Of a stretch of DNA of 61,017 bases, positions 1 to 8,741 are shown piece after piece (within the stretch, counting starts at the first letter, position 1; every line of letters starts with the position of its first letter). The translations under genes were made by a program, and so were the position numbers. Source of the stretch: Gemmatimonadota bacterium (lineage in GTDB: Bacteria; Gemmatimonadota; Gemmatimonadetes; Longimicrobiales; RSA9); contig JBBDWZ010000286.1 of the NCBI GenBank assembly GCA_040902615.1, forward strand, positions 228 through 61,244, read 5' to 3'. Under the pieces are notes generated by a model that was given only the letters and a program-made list of their open reading frames with translations, was not told the DNA's origin and made no database searches.

Positions 1-119
1 AAGCGCCCGCCTCACCAGCAGTATGCGTGTCCAAGAGACGGCGCAGCAACGCGCTCCGCGTCAAAAGCGCCCGCCTCACCAGCAGTATGCGTGTCCAAGA
101 GACGGCGCAGCAACGCGCT
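1..119. repeat. Perfect 55-bp direct repeat in two copies (1-55 and 65-119, 64-bp period), possibly cut by the window edge
   Basis: aagcgcccgcctcaccagcagtatgcgtgtccaagagacggcgcagcaacgcgct occurs identically at 1-55 and 65-119. It lies downstream of the minus-strand gene ending at 170. Confidence 0.9.
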
Positions 120-169
120 TTCGCAGCACCGTACCGCGATCCGCGATCAGCAATCCGCAATCCGCCCAA

Positions 170-703
170 TCAGCCGCTGGGCCGGCGTCGGCCCGGCACG
201 GCGATGCGGACCCACCGTTCCTTTTTGACAAAATAGAGACTGCCGCCGACCACGACTCCGCCAACCAGCGCGCCGATGCCGGCTGACACGCGCTCTGGGC
301 AGTTGCTGAAGCACTGTGACTGCACGATCCCGTTGTACGCAGCGGTGAGACCTGCTCCAGTCAATGCGCCGATGACCAGACCTGCCGGCGTGAGTCGGCG
401 CGTGCCATTGAATACCTCGAGCTCGGCAATCTCTGAAACGGCGACTGCACGGTGCCCGAGACGTGTCCCCGGCACGGTCAGAATGATTGTATCCGGCCGA
501 AGCGTGGCGATCGCACCCGCGAATTGAAAGGCCTGGCGCACCATGCGGACCCGAACGCGAGTGCCTGTATCGAGTGAGCGCACATGAGCTGCGTCCGCAT
601 CGACCGTGCGTGCCTGCGCTGCGCCCGGCGTGACCACGGCCAATCCACTGCATGAAATTAGGAGCGCCGAAACCACCAGGCGCACTCTGCTAGTCTGAGG
701 CAT
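170..703 (-). CDS. Hypothetical lipoprotein with a C-terminal glycine-zipper-like hydrophobic region
   Basis: An internal ATG at 703 gives MPQTSRVRLVVSALLISCSG, a signal peptide with a lipobox-like LISC. The C-terminus is Gly-rich and hydrophobic (GLVIGALTGAGLTAA...GIGALVGGVVVGG). The longer ORF start at 754 would overlap the upstream gene. Confidence 0.55.
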   Translation of the reverse strand: MPQTSRVRLVVSALLISCSGLAVVTPGAAQARTVDADAAHVRSLDTGTRVRVRMVRQAFQFAGAIATLRPDTIILTVPGTRLGHRAVAVSEIAELEVFNGTRRLTPAGLVIGALTGAGLTAAYNGIVQSQCFSNCPERVSAGIGALVGGVVVGGSLYFVKKERWVRIAVPGRRRPSG

Positions 704-740
704 GCGACGATCGCTTGTGAGGTAGCGCCAGTGAACTCGT

Positions 741-2975
741 CTACCGTTTGGCAAACAGATTTTTCACAGCATCCGCGCCGAACCCAAGCAGAAACACGGC
801 CACCAGCCCGGGAACGATGTCGAGCTTCATGAGCTGGTCGCGCGCGCCGGCGAGGAGTGCGAGGACTGCAATCGACAAGGCAACACTGAGCTGCAGAATT
901 TCCACCTTGAACCGTTCGCGCCGCTGGTCTTTCGGTAGCGGCCGCAGCGACAGCGTTTCCGAGACCTCGATGGGCGTTTTGTCGGTCTGTTTGTGCAGTG
1001 CCTTGCCGTCCTGCGTCTGAAACTGGACCTGGTACTTCGCTTCGTCCTGGTTCCGGAAGTAGTGCACGATCTGCCAGCCATGCTCATCGCCAACGCCCTC
1101 CGCGAATTTCCAGACACAGTCAATGTCATACTGCGCCGTGCGTCCGCGCAGGGCACTGTCGCTCAACTCCACGGCCAGGAGCATCGGACTGTTGGCAGAC
1201 ACTGTGATCGGATCCCGCTTGACCCGGAACTGGTTAGCCTCAATCGCCTTGACGATGTCCTCGCTGAATACGTTTTCTTCGATTTGCTTTTGCACACGAT
1301 CTGCAAGCGCGAGCGCGTCGGCGCTCTGCAGACGTAGGTACGTGAGCAACGGATCCTCGCGCAACGCAATGAGCTTCTGCCGGCCCGGGTCCGCGGCGGC
1401 ACCGTCCAGCCGCAGGATGTAATGTTGAAGGATGAATAGTTTTTGTGTACTGATATCGATCCAGAAGTACTTCTTCGCGGTCACGTTGAGCGGGTCTTCA
1501 AGCGCCTGATCGCCAAGAACGTCGAGCAGATCGCCGAGTTTGGGCTGCAGCCTCTGGAACGTCGGCCGGCCAGCCAGCTTGGTAGTGGCGTAATCCTGAC
1601 GCAGCGCCTTTACGCGGTCGGCCAGCACGGTCGCAAATTCCGTATCGTCCGGAATCGTGTCGCCGAGCCGTTCACTGGCAGCGCGGATGGCTGTCTCGGC
1701 CGCCTGCAGGTCCGCGTCCGTTGGTGCGCTTTGACCGAGCAGCCGCGTAACATCCTCGAGCGAGCGCGCGACTTGTTTCAGAATGGTCGGCGGCACGCCG
1801 GAGGTGCGCGTACGCAGCACGGCCAGCGTGCGCGTGCCCTCGTCCAGCTCGTCGGCGACTTTCACACGCTTGGCCAGCGTCTCGATCTGCTTCTCCAGCT
1901 GATTCATTCGGTCCGTGCTGTCCGGGCTCCATGCGTTCAACCCCCGCAGCATTGCCAGTATGCGCATCCGCTCTACCCGCACACTCACGCGCAGCATCGA
2001 ATCCGTGTCAGATGAAATCGCGCGCATCGTGTTTTCCACCTCATCGAGGCGGCCGGCCAGCCGGATACGCATGCGTTTGTTGGGAATCCAGAGTCCAACC
2101 AGAAGGGATGTAGCACCTCCGACCAGAAGGATGATCAGGACGATGCCACTCCCAACAACCCCCATCATGCCCGCGGACCAGTACGACAAGTCCAGGTCGA
2201 CGGGAAACGTCTTCAGCGAGCCGTCGGCCGCGGTGGCAGCTGTGTCCCGGCCCAGCTGAACGCTCAGAAACCCCGGTCGTTGCTCGGTTTTGAAGAACGA
2301 TTCGAACCGTTTTCTGTACCACTCGCGCGGAGCGTCGATCCCAACCACGGCCGCGCTCCTGGCTGGCAACGTGGCAACGCCTTTTTGCACGAGCCGTTCG
2401 TCACCCAGCACGAGACGCCACACGACCGGGTATGCCATCGAGTCGTCATTCCTCAGAAGAACCACGCCGCCTTTGTCGCGGCTCAGCGCGATGCGTGGCT
2501 TGTCCGCCGAAGCCGACTGAACGCTGACCGTGAAGGGCACGTCGTACCGCACCGCACGGACCGTATACCGCAAGCTGTCGAGGAGAAGCGGTGCCTCCGC
2601 GCCTTCCGCCTCCTGATAGTTCGAGAGCTGCAGTTTTACGCGTTGATTTGCACCGGCAGCGAGTGGTCCTTCAAGAAACGCGGCGCCCGTCGTTTCTGTG
2701 CCCTTGAAGAAGCTCGGCCGTGCAGAAAGTACGCGACTCCCGGTTTTGCGCACAAAATTCCCGAGCGTGAGTTGATACTTCGCTTCTTTATCGGTCTGGT
2801 TGCGGAGCAGAATCCATACTTCGCCGCTGCCACTCTGGTCGATGAGGAGAAAGGGAATCTCGCCGACGACCGTGACACCTGGCTTTGGTTGGGCAAAGAC
2901 GGTTGACGTTGGGCCCGCACTTGCGCCAACCAGCAACGCGAGGGCCATGCATCGGCTCCAGGTTACAACGGACAT
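741..2975 (-). CDS. Hypothetical 744-aa membrane protein: signal peptide, extracytoplasmic domain, central TM segment, long helical region, C-terminal TM pair
   Basis: ATG at 2975 is preceded by GAGG. N-terminal signal peptide MALALLVGASAGPTSTVFAQ, a TM segment GVVGSGIVLIILLVGGATSLLVGLWI, and C-terminal TM segments LSVALSIAVLALLAG / VPGLVAVFLLGFGA. I recognise no family. Confidence 0.75.
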   Translation of the reverse strand: MSVVTWSRCMALALLVGASAGPTSTVFAQPKPGVTVVGEIPFLLIDQSGSGEVWILLRNQTDKEAKYQLTLGNFVRKTGSRVLSARPSFFKGTETTGAAFLEGPLAAGANQRVKLQLSNYQEAEGAEAPLLLDSLRYTVRAVRYDVPFTVSVQSASADKPRIALSRDKGGVVLLRNDDSMAYPVVWRLVLGDERLVQKGVATLPARSAAVVGIDAPREWYRKRFESFFKTEQRPGFLSVQLGRDTAATAADGSLKTFPVDLDLSYWSAGMMGVVGSGIVLIILLVGGATSLLVGLWIPNKRMRIRLAGRLDEVENTMRAISSDTDSMLRVSVRVERMRILAMLRGLNAWSPDSTDRMNQLEKQIETLAKRVKVADELDEGTRTLAVLRTRTSGVPPTILKQVARSLEDVTRLLGQSAPTDADLQAAETAIRAASERLGDTIPDDTEFATVLADRVKALRQDYATTKLAGRPTFQRLQPKLGDLLDVLGDQALEDPLNVTAKKYFWIDISTQKLFILQHYILRLDGAAADPGRQKLIALREDPLLTYLRLQSADALALADRVQKQIEENVFSEDIVKAIEANQFRVKRDPITVSANSPMLLAVELSDSALRGRTAQYDIDCVWKFAEGVGDEHGWQIVHYFRNQDEAKYQVQFQTQDGKALHKQTDKTPIEVSETLSLRPLPKDQRRERFKVEILQLSVALSIAVLALLAGARDQLMKLDIVPGLVAVFLLGFGADAVKNLFAKR

Positions 2976-3047
2976 GGTTACCTACCTCAACGGCCTTAGC
3001 AGCCAGCCAGAAATGGTGGGTGTGAATTTGCCAGTTCGCCGCGCGTA

Positions 3048-3908
3048 CTACTTGAGCCGCGCTTTCAGTCCGATCTGCAGGTAGCGCTGATCCGCCAGAC
3101 CCTGGTCCGGGTTCTCACCACTGACAAGAGTGATACCGAAACCAATGCTCCGCGTCACTTCGGTGCGCGCCGGGTTGTAGAAACGAACGAAATAGTAGGT
3201 TACGTCGACTTTCCGAAATGGATGCCAGTCGTCAGCCTCGCTGGTATCGTCGCTCAGATCCTGGCGATAGGCGATGGCCCCTGCAACTTCCAAAACACGG
3301 TCGCTGCTGAACGGGTAGATATTGAGATCGAGCTGATACACTGCCCTCAGGATCGTGCCTTCGGCCTCGGCCAGGTGCGCGCTCACGATGCGGTCCGCGG
3401 CAAGGCCGATGCTCGGGGCGTAGATCATCATGGAATTCAAGGGCAGCCTCACTTGCGTGTTCGGCGGGCCGGATCCGGCAAAGATCGCCGTGGCCATTGC
3501 CGACCCACTGGCCGATTCCGTGTCCTTGACACGGTCCGATTTCAAGCCTGCCTTGCCGAAGAAGATCGGGCTCCAGCCACTGCTCACGAAATTCATTGGC
3601 GTGTAATCATAGAGAATCTCGGCGGACACCGCGTTCTGCTTTTTGTCGATTGCGGTATTGCGCTGAAAGTCCAATCCGGCAGATGCGGTGAGCTTGTTGC
3701 CGCGCTTGAAATCCACGCTTAGACCGATACCAACGGAATAGGTAGCCTCGGCTGAGTCAGGAATCATGGCGGAGGCGAATGCTGGCTGAGCGACTTCCTT
3801 TCGCGTCTGGTTGTTGTGACGCAGGTGCCAGCGGTCCCAGACGCTCTGCGCGTCCGCTGTGCTGGCGATGATGATGATCAACGTCGATGCCAGGAGTGGC
3901 GCCCTCAT
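3048..3908 (-). CDS. Putative outer-membrane beta-barrel protein
   Basis: The internal ATG at 3908 gives MRAPLLASTLIIIIASTADAQ, a signal peptide. The rest shows alternating beta-strand-like patterns and ends in ...YLQIGLKARLK. Its ATG overlaps the TGA of the upstream small ORF (ATGA at 3905-3908). Confidence 0.65.
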   Translation of the reverse strand: MRAPLLASTLIIIIASTADAQSVWDRWHLRHNNQTRKEVAQPAFASAMIPDSAEATYSVGIGLSVDFKRGNKLTASAGLDFQRNTAIDKKQNAVSAEILYDYTPMNFVSSGWSPIFFGKAGLKSDRVKDTESASGSAMATAIFAGSGPPNTQVRLPLNSMMIYAPSIGLAADRIVSAHLAEAEGTILRAVYQLDLNIYPFSSDRVLEVAGAIAYRQDLSDDTSEADDWHPFRKVDVTYYFVRFYNPARTEVTRSIGFGITLVSGENPDQGLADQRYLQIGLKARLK

Positions 3909-4210
3909 ACTACCGTGCCATCGAACTGGGCGGCCTTTGAAACCAGTGCGACCGCAGACTTGAGGTCGGATAGGTTTCTGCATTGGGCCTTCGTGACCTC
4001 TGCTGCCGTCGCACCGGCCGGACAGTGTTTGATCGCAATGTTGCTTAACTCCTGTGCCAGGTTCTCCTGCTGGGCCGGACTCAAACCAATATCGTTGCTC
4101 TGAAGCATCCACTCATCCCGATAGGCGGGTGCTGGATTTCTCCTGGTCGCCTTCGTCAGACAATTGCAAATGTCTGTGCGGAGGCCGGTCGGCGCGGGGT
4201 TCGAAGGCAT
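3905..4210 (-). CDS. Small hypothetical protein (101 aa), apparently translationally coupled to the beta-barrel gene
   Basis: ATG at 4210 (MPSNPAPTGL...). The stop overlaps the next ATG by 4 nt. No family recognised. The upstream part of the ORF looks non-coding. Confidence 0.45.
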   Translation of the reverse strand: MPSNPAPTGLRTDICNCLTKATRRNPAPAYRDEWMLQSNDIGLSPAQQENLAQELSNIAIKHCPAGATAAEVTKAQCRNLSDLKSAVALVSKAAQFDGTVV

Positions 4211-4418
4211 ATTGTCTAGTCTGGAATGGTGAGTAACGGGGCGGTTCGCGGATGTCTGCGCGCGTGCTGTCACCTGCCCTCTGGCCAGCGTGAGAATGCG
4301 ATCAAATCTGGCGGAGTTTACCGCTCTCCAGCAATAGTAACGCATGCAACCCGCGCCTCGCGTTCGAGCGCGGCCGTGCGTAATTTCGTGCTGCAACTGG
4401 CCAAGGAGCCTGCACAAA

Positions 4419-6119
4419 ATGAAAGCGATCGCAGCCGGGCTGACGCTCAACATCATCGTCGCATGCGCACTTGCGGCTCAGGCGCCCGCGCCGCGCCCGC
4501 CGTTCAACGTGGTGGAAGCGGGCATCCCCGAGTTGCAGGCAGCGCTGGCTAGCGGCCGGGTCACTTCGCGCGAGCTGGTGCTTTCGTACCTGGCGCGCAT
4601 CGCGATGTACGATCGGGCGCTGCACGCCGTGATGACGGTGAGCCCGACCGCGCTCGCGGAAGCGGATGTGCTCGATCGCGAGCGCGCGCAGGGGCGGTTG
4701 CGCGGCCCACTGCATGGAATCCCGATTGCCCTCAAGGACAACATCCACACCACCAGCATGCCGACTACGGGCGGCGCGCTCGCGTTCAAGGGACTGGTCC
4801 CGCCGTACGCGGCGACGCTCACCAGGAATCTCGAGGCGGGTGGCGCCATCATTATCGCGAAGACGGTGCTCACCGAGCTTGCGAACTGGGTGGCGGGCGG
4901 GCCCACGCCCATGCCTGGCAACTACAGTGCTCTGGGCGGCTACGGCATGAACCCGTACGATCCGCGTCCCGATCCGCGACCCGGCTTCAATGACGGCCGG
5001 CCCGTCCTCGGCACGGGCGGTTCCAGCTCAGGCATTGGCACGGCGGTGAGCTTCTGGGCGGCCAGCGTGGGCACGGAAACATCGGGATCGGTACTCAGCC
5101 CCTCGAATCAGAACATGCTGGTCGGCATCAAGCCCACCGTCGGTCGCATCAGCCGATGGGGCGTGATTCCGATCACCGCCGATCAGGACACTCCCGGCCC
5201 GATGGCGCGCACGGTCACCGATGCGGCGATCCTGCTGGGTGCGCTCGAGAGCGCAGCCCCGGATCCCAATGACCCCGCGACGCGGACGTGTACACCTCCG
5301 CCCAATCGCGACTACACGTCCAACCTGCAACGCGAAGCGTTGAGAGGCGCACGCATCGGCATTCCGCGCGCGTTTTTCTACGACACCGTGCGGGTGCCGG
5401 GCGCAGCCACGCCGCGCGGCGGCATCGGCAACGCGCAGGCGTCGGTCATGGCGGAAGCCATCGAGGTGCTCAGGAAAGAAGGCGCCATCATCGTCGATCC
5501 TGCCAACATACCGAGCATCATCGCCCGGGACTCGGCACAGAACTACGTGATGTGGGGCATTTGTTCAGGCGTCGACAGTCGCAAGGGCCGCGATGCCGAG
5601 TGCTCGATCGATTTCAAGTATGGCATGAAGCGCGATTTCAACGCGTGGCTGGCATCGCTCGGTGCGGCTACGCCGATCAAGACGCTCACGGATCTGCGCT
5701 ATTTCAATCTGAACAACGCGGGTGCCGGCGCGATCAAGTACGGCCAGTCCCAGCTCGACATCTCCGACGAGATGGATCTGGTTGCCGACCGGGCGCGTTA
5801 TGACGCAGATCGCAGGAAAGACATTGACCTGGCCGGGACGCACGGCATCGCCGAGGTCATGCAGGCGCAACGGCTCGATGCACTCCTGTTCCCGGGAGCG
5901 AGTGGCGCCTCCATAGCCGCGCGGCCAGGATACCCGACCATCATCGTGCCGTTCGCACGCATCCCAAACGCACCATCGCCGGCGTTCCCCGCGGGATTCA
6001 ATGCCAGGCCAGCGCCTTTCGGCGTAAGCTTCACTGGCCTGTCCTGCAGTGAGCCCCGCTTGATCCAGCTGGCGTATGCGTTTGAACAGGCCACCAGGCG
6101 ACGCGTGCCACCGCAATGA
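4419..6119 (+). CDS. Secreted amidase (amidase-signature family)
   Basis: ATG at 4419 follows AAGGAG. Signal peptide MKAIAAGLTLNIIVACALAAQA. Amidase-signature motif GGSSSGIGTAVSFWAASVGTETSGSVLSPS and the upstream IALKDNI lysine motif are present. Confidence 0.9.
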   Translation: MKAIAAGLTLNIIVACALAAQAPAPRPPFNVVEAGIPELQAALASGRVTSRELVLSYLARIAMYDRALHAVMTVSPTALAEADVLDRERAQGRLRGPLHGIPIALKDNIHTTSMPTTGGALAFKGLVPPYAATLTRNLEAGGAIIIAKTVLTELANWVAGGPTPMPGNYSALGGYGMNPYDPRPDPRPGFNDGRPVLGTGGSSSGIGTAVSFWAASVGTETSGSVLSPSNQNMLVGIKPTVGRISRWGVIPITADQDTPGPMARTVTDAAILLGALESAAPDPNDPATRTCTPPPNRDYTSNLQREALRGARIGIPRAFFYDTVRVPGAATPRGGIGNAQASVMAEAIEVLRKEGAIIVDPANIPSIIARDSAQNYVMWGICSGVDSRKGRDAECSIDFKYGMKRDFNAWLASLGAATPIKTLTDLRYFNLNNAGAGAIKYGQSQLDISDEMDLVADRARYDADRRKDIDLAGTHGIAEVMQAQRLDALLFPGASGASIAARPGYPTIIVPFARIPNAPSPAFPAGFNARPAPFGVSFTGLSCSEPRLIQLAYAFEQATRRRVPPQ

Positions 6120-6231
6120 CTCGCGTGCAGCAGCTCATGTCAGAGCGCTTCGTAGTTGACTTAACCAGCCTGATGTTGGCAGCTTAGCTTCTCACTCCGG
6201 AGAAACTTCCACGCGGTCCGAGGGAGAAACC

Positions 6232-7158
6232 ATGCGTGTTCTCCTACTGCGCGCAGCACTCGCGCCTTTCATCCTTGCCGGCTGCGCCGATGATCCCTGG
6301 CCGCGCCCGCCGAGTGTACCGGTCGATCAATTCACCAGCGACTTCAATGCATGGCGCGCGTATCGCCAATCCCGGCTGATCGCGCCAGGCCCAGGTCCGG
6401 TCACCTGGATCGGTCTCTGGCCGCTGCATGATGGGCAGCTTGCGATGGGCTCCGATTCGTCGCTGCCGATTGTACTGCCCGCAGCGCAATCGCCGATGCT
6501 GGCGGGCACATTTCATCGCGCCGGTGCGGACATCCGGTTCGAGCCGGCGAAAGGTGCGCGCATCCTGCTGGCCGACAGCACCCGGGTGACGCAGCCGATC
6601 ACGGTCGTTACCGATCGTGAAAAGAATCCAACCACGCTGGCGCTGGGCACATTTCGGTTGCGCGTGCATGGCGAGCCGGGTACCGATCGTTTCTGGGTGC
6701 GCGGCTGGGATGAGCAGCATCCGGCGCGCGCGGGTTTTCAGCTGCCTGAATCCTATCCACCGGACACGGCCTGGCTCGTCGCAGCGCGCTTCGAGCCATA
6801 CCAGGAGCCCCGGCAGTTTCGCGTCGAAGACATCGTCGAAGGCACGCAGTCGTATCGCTCGACCGGCGACCTGGTGTTCCGGATCGGCAAACGCGAGCAT
6901 CGCCTGGCTGCATTCGCCGAAGCGACCGACACGGCTTTCTTCGTGATGATGTGGGATTCGACCGCGACCTCCACGACCTATCAGGCGGGCCGCTACATGC
7001 GAGTGTCGTTCCCCGATTCCACTGGCTGGACCGTCATCGATTTCAACCGAGCCTACAGTCCGCCCTGCGTGTTCACGCCGTATTCGACCTGCGCGTTTGC
7101 GCCACCCCAGAATCGCCTGGCCGGGTCGATCCTGGCGGGCGAGAAGCGCGTAAAATGA
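6232..7158 (+). CDS. DUF1684-family lipoprotein
   Basis: GAGGGA lies upstream of the ATG. Lipobox ILAGC. The C-terminal motif NRAYSPPCVFTPYSTCAFAPPQNRL is characteristic of DUF1684 as I recall it. Confidence 0.75.
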   Translation: MRVLLLRAALAPFILAGCADDPWPRPPSVPVDQFTSDFNAWRAYRQSRLIAPGPGPVTWIGLWPLHDGQLAMGSDSSLPIVLPAAQSPMLAGTFHRAGADIRFEPAKGARILLADSTRVTQPITVVTDREKNPTTLALGTFRLRVHGEPGTDRFWVRGWDEQHPARAGFQLPESYPPDTAWLVAARFEPYQEPRQFRVEDIVEGTQSYRSTGDLVFRIGKREHRLAAFAEATDTAFFVMMWDSTATSTTYQAGRYMRVSFPDSTGWTVIDFNRAYSPPCVFTPYSTCAFAPPQNRLAGSILAGEKRVK

Positions 7159-7332
7159 TGGCCGGTCGTATCACTCACCACTGACCCGGCACCCAGCCCA
7201 TTCTCCAGCGCCGCTCGAGCTTGCGTTCTGCCCCAAAGGTTTACGCGACCCTGTCATATGAACCCAAGGTTCAGCTCTACTCATCCTTCGAGCACTGCGT
7301 GGAAAACGATTCGCAATGGCGGCCCTGAGCCG

Positions 7333-7860
7333 ATGAGCCCGAAGGAGCTGGAAGCATGGCTCGAACGCCTGCACGAAGAGAGTTTCGGCTGGGCGCTCAA
7401 CTGCTCCGGTGGAGAGGCTGCGCGAGCGGAGGATGTGCTGCAGACTGCTTACATGCGAGTGATCTCGGGGCGCGCAGTGTACGGTCAGCGCTCTTCGTTT
7501 CGGACCTGGCTCTTTGGCGTAATAAGGCGAGTGGCGTTGGAGGAGAACCGTCGTATGCGGACGGAACGGAAACGCACTGTGGTACTGGAAGACGCGAGCA
7601 TGCAGGCCATCGCTGACGATCGCGCCCGTCCCGACGAATTCGAATCCGCGCTTGCATTGCGCACAGCGCTGGCTCAATTGCCGGATCGACAGAGTGAGGT
7701 ACTGCACCTGGTGTTTTACCAGGACATGTCGATCTCCGATGCGGCAGAAGTGATGGAGATATCAGTGGGATCGGCCAGAACGCATTACGAGCGCGGCAAA
7801 GCCCGGTTGCGGGTGGTTCTCGAGGAGCGAAGGAATGAGCGACCAGCATCGGGATTCTGA
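7333..7860 (+). CDS. ECF-type RNA polymerase sigma-70 factor
   Basis: Region-2-like AEDVLQTAYMRV...FRTWLFGVIRRVAL and region-4 LPDRQSEVLHLVFYQDMSISDAAEVMEISVGSARTHYERGKARL. The start is uncertain: ATG at 7333 is preferred, with an alternative ATG at 7258. Confidence 0.85.
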   Translation: MSPKELEAWLERLHEESFGWALNCSGGEAARAEDVLQTAYMRVISGRAVYGQRSSFRTWLFGVIRRVALEENRRMRTERKRTVVLEDASMQAIADDRARPDEFESALALRTALAQLPDRQSEVLHLVFYQDMSISDAAEVMEISVGSARTHYERGKARLRVVLEERRNERPASGF

Positions 7861-8224
7861 GCTGCGCGGCCGGTTCGATGAGCTGAGGCGGCTGGATGCG
7901 AGCCGTGCGCCGTCATTCGCGGATGTCATGGAGCGCGCACAAGCAGGCGCCACGCGTGATGCGGGCTCGACAGCGCGTTACGCATCGCGAGTCACCCTGC
8001 GCCGATTTGGCTGGACCGCCGGCCTCGCCGTGGCAGCAGCGATTGCAGCTGTGATCGTGATCCCGCGCGCGTCGTCCAATGAAGACGCGTTCGAGCAGGC
8101 CGTGCAGTCGTTCCAGAGCGATCCCGCGCTGGGCGCCTGGCGCTCGCCAACCGATGGGCTGCTCAATCTGCCGGGCAGCCGGTTGCTGTCGACGGTTCCC
8201 AGCCTTGGCGCCGGGCAACAGTGA
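7835..8224 (+). CDS. Putative anti-sigma factor / single-pass membrane protein
   Basis: GAAGGA precedes the ATG. The gene overlaps the sigma gene by 26 nt. One TM segment (FGWTAGLAVAAAIAAVIVIP). The assignment is by position only; no zinc-finger motif is present. Confidence 0.5.
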   Translation: MSDQHRDSELRGRFDELRRLDASRAPSFADVMERAQAGATRDAGSTARYASRVTLRRFGWTAGLAVAAAIAAVIVIPRASSNEDAFEQAVQSFQSDPALGAWRSPTDGLLNLPGSRLLSTVPSLGAGQQ

Positions 8225-8249
8225 TTCGAAATAGAGGAACAGGAGAAGG

Positions 8250-8741
8250 ATGACGCGAATGGTTGTGCGGTCGCTGATGTTGGCTGCCTTGTTTGCACTG
8301 GGCGTGCTGCTCGGCGCGCAGGAAGGTGCGGCCCAGGCTGCGCCGAAGCAGGAGGAGGATCGGTTCGCGTCGGTGCTGTTTCCGCCCGAGCTGATCATGC
8401 AGCACGCACGCGCCATCCGGCTGAACGACCAGCAGCGGGTCGCGATCACGAAACTGATCGAGCAGTTGCAGGGAAAGGTGATCGGACTGCAGTGGCAGAT
8501 GGCGGAGCAGGTGCAGGCACTGATGGAGACGCTGGGCAAAACCAGGGTGGATCAGGACCGCGCAACCGACCAGTTGAACCGGGTGCTGGACACGGAGAAG
8601 AGCATCAAGAAAGCGCACCTCGAGATGCTGGTCCGAATCAAGAATGTGCTTCGACCCGAGCAACAGACGGAGCTCACGCGGCTGCGTGCCGCCCCAGTTG
8701 AACGCAAGGATTTGGAACCGCAGAAGGAGCAATTACAATGA
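8250..8741 (+). CDS. Periplasmic Spy/CpxP-family (LTxxQ-type) protein
   Basis: Signal peptide MVVRSLMLAALFALGVLLGAQEGAA. Two LxxxQQ motifs (RLNDQQRVAI and LRPEQQTEL) sit in a helical protein of about 160 aa. Confidence 0.65.
   Translation: MTRMVVRSLMLAALFALGVLLGAQEGAAQAAPKQEEDRFASVLFPPELIMQHARAIRLNDQQRVAITKLIEQLQGKVIGLQWQMAEQVQALMETLGKTRVDQDRATDQLNRVLDTEKSIKKAHLEMLVRIKNVLRPEQQTELTRLRAAPVERKDLEPQKEQLQ

Noticed and set aside
3909-4112. N-terminal extensions of many ORF-track entries, for example 3048-4112, 4344-4418, 9930-9989, 28881-30263, 32858-35704, 51056-51196 and 60090-60455
   Set aside because: The extensions overlap neighbouring genes or lack coding character. Internal starts give canonical signal peptides, Shine-Dalgarno sequences, ATGA couplings or paralog-consistent N-termini.
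7159-7332. Search for an ECF-type autoregulated promoter (GGAAC-n16-17-CGT-like) upstream of the sigma gene
   Set aside because: Only weak partial matches were found, for example gaacc at about 7261. Nothing is convincing enough to annotate.
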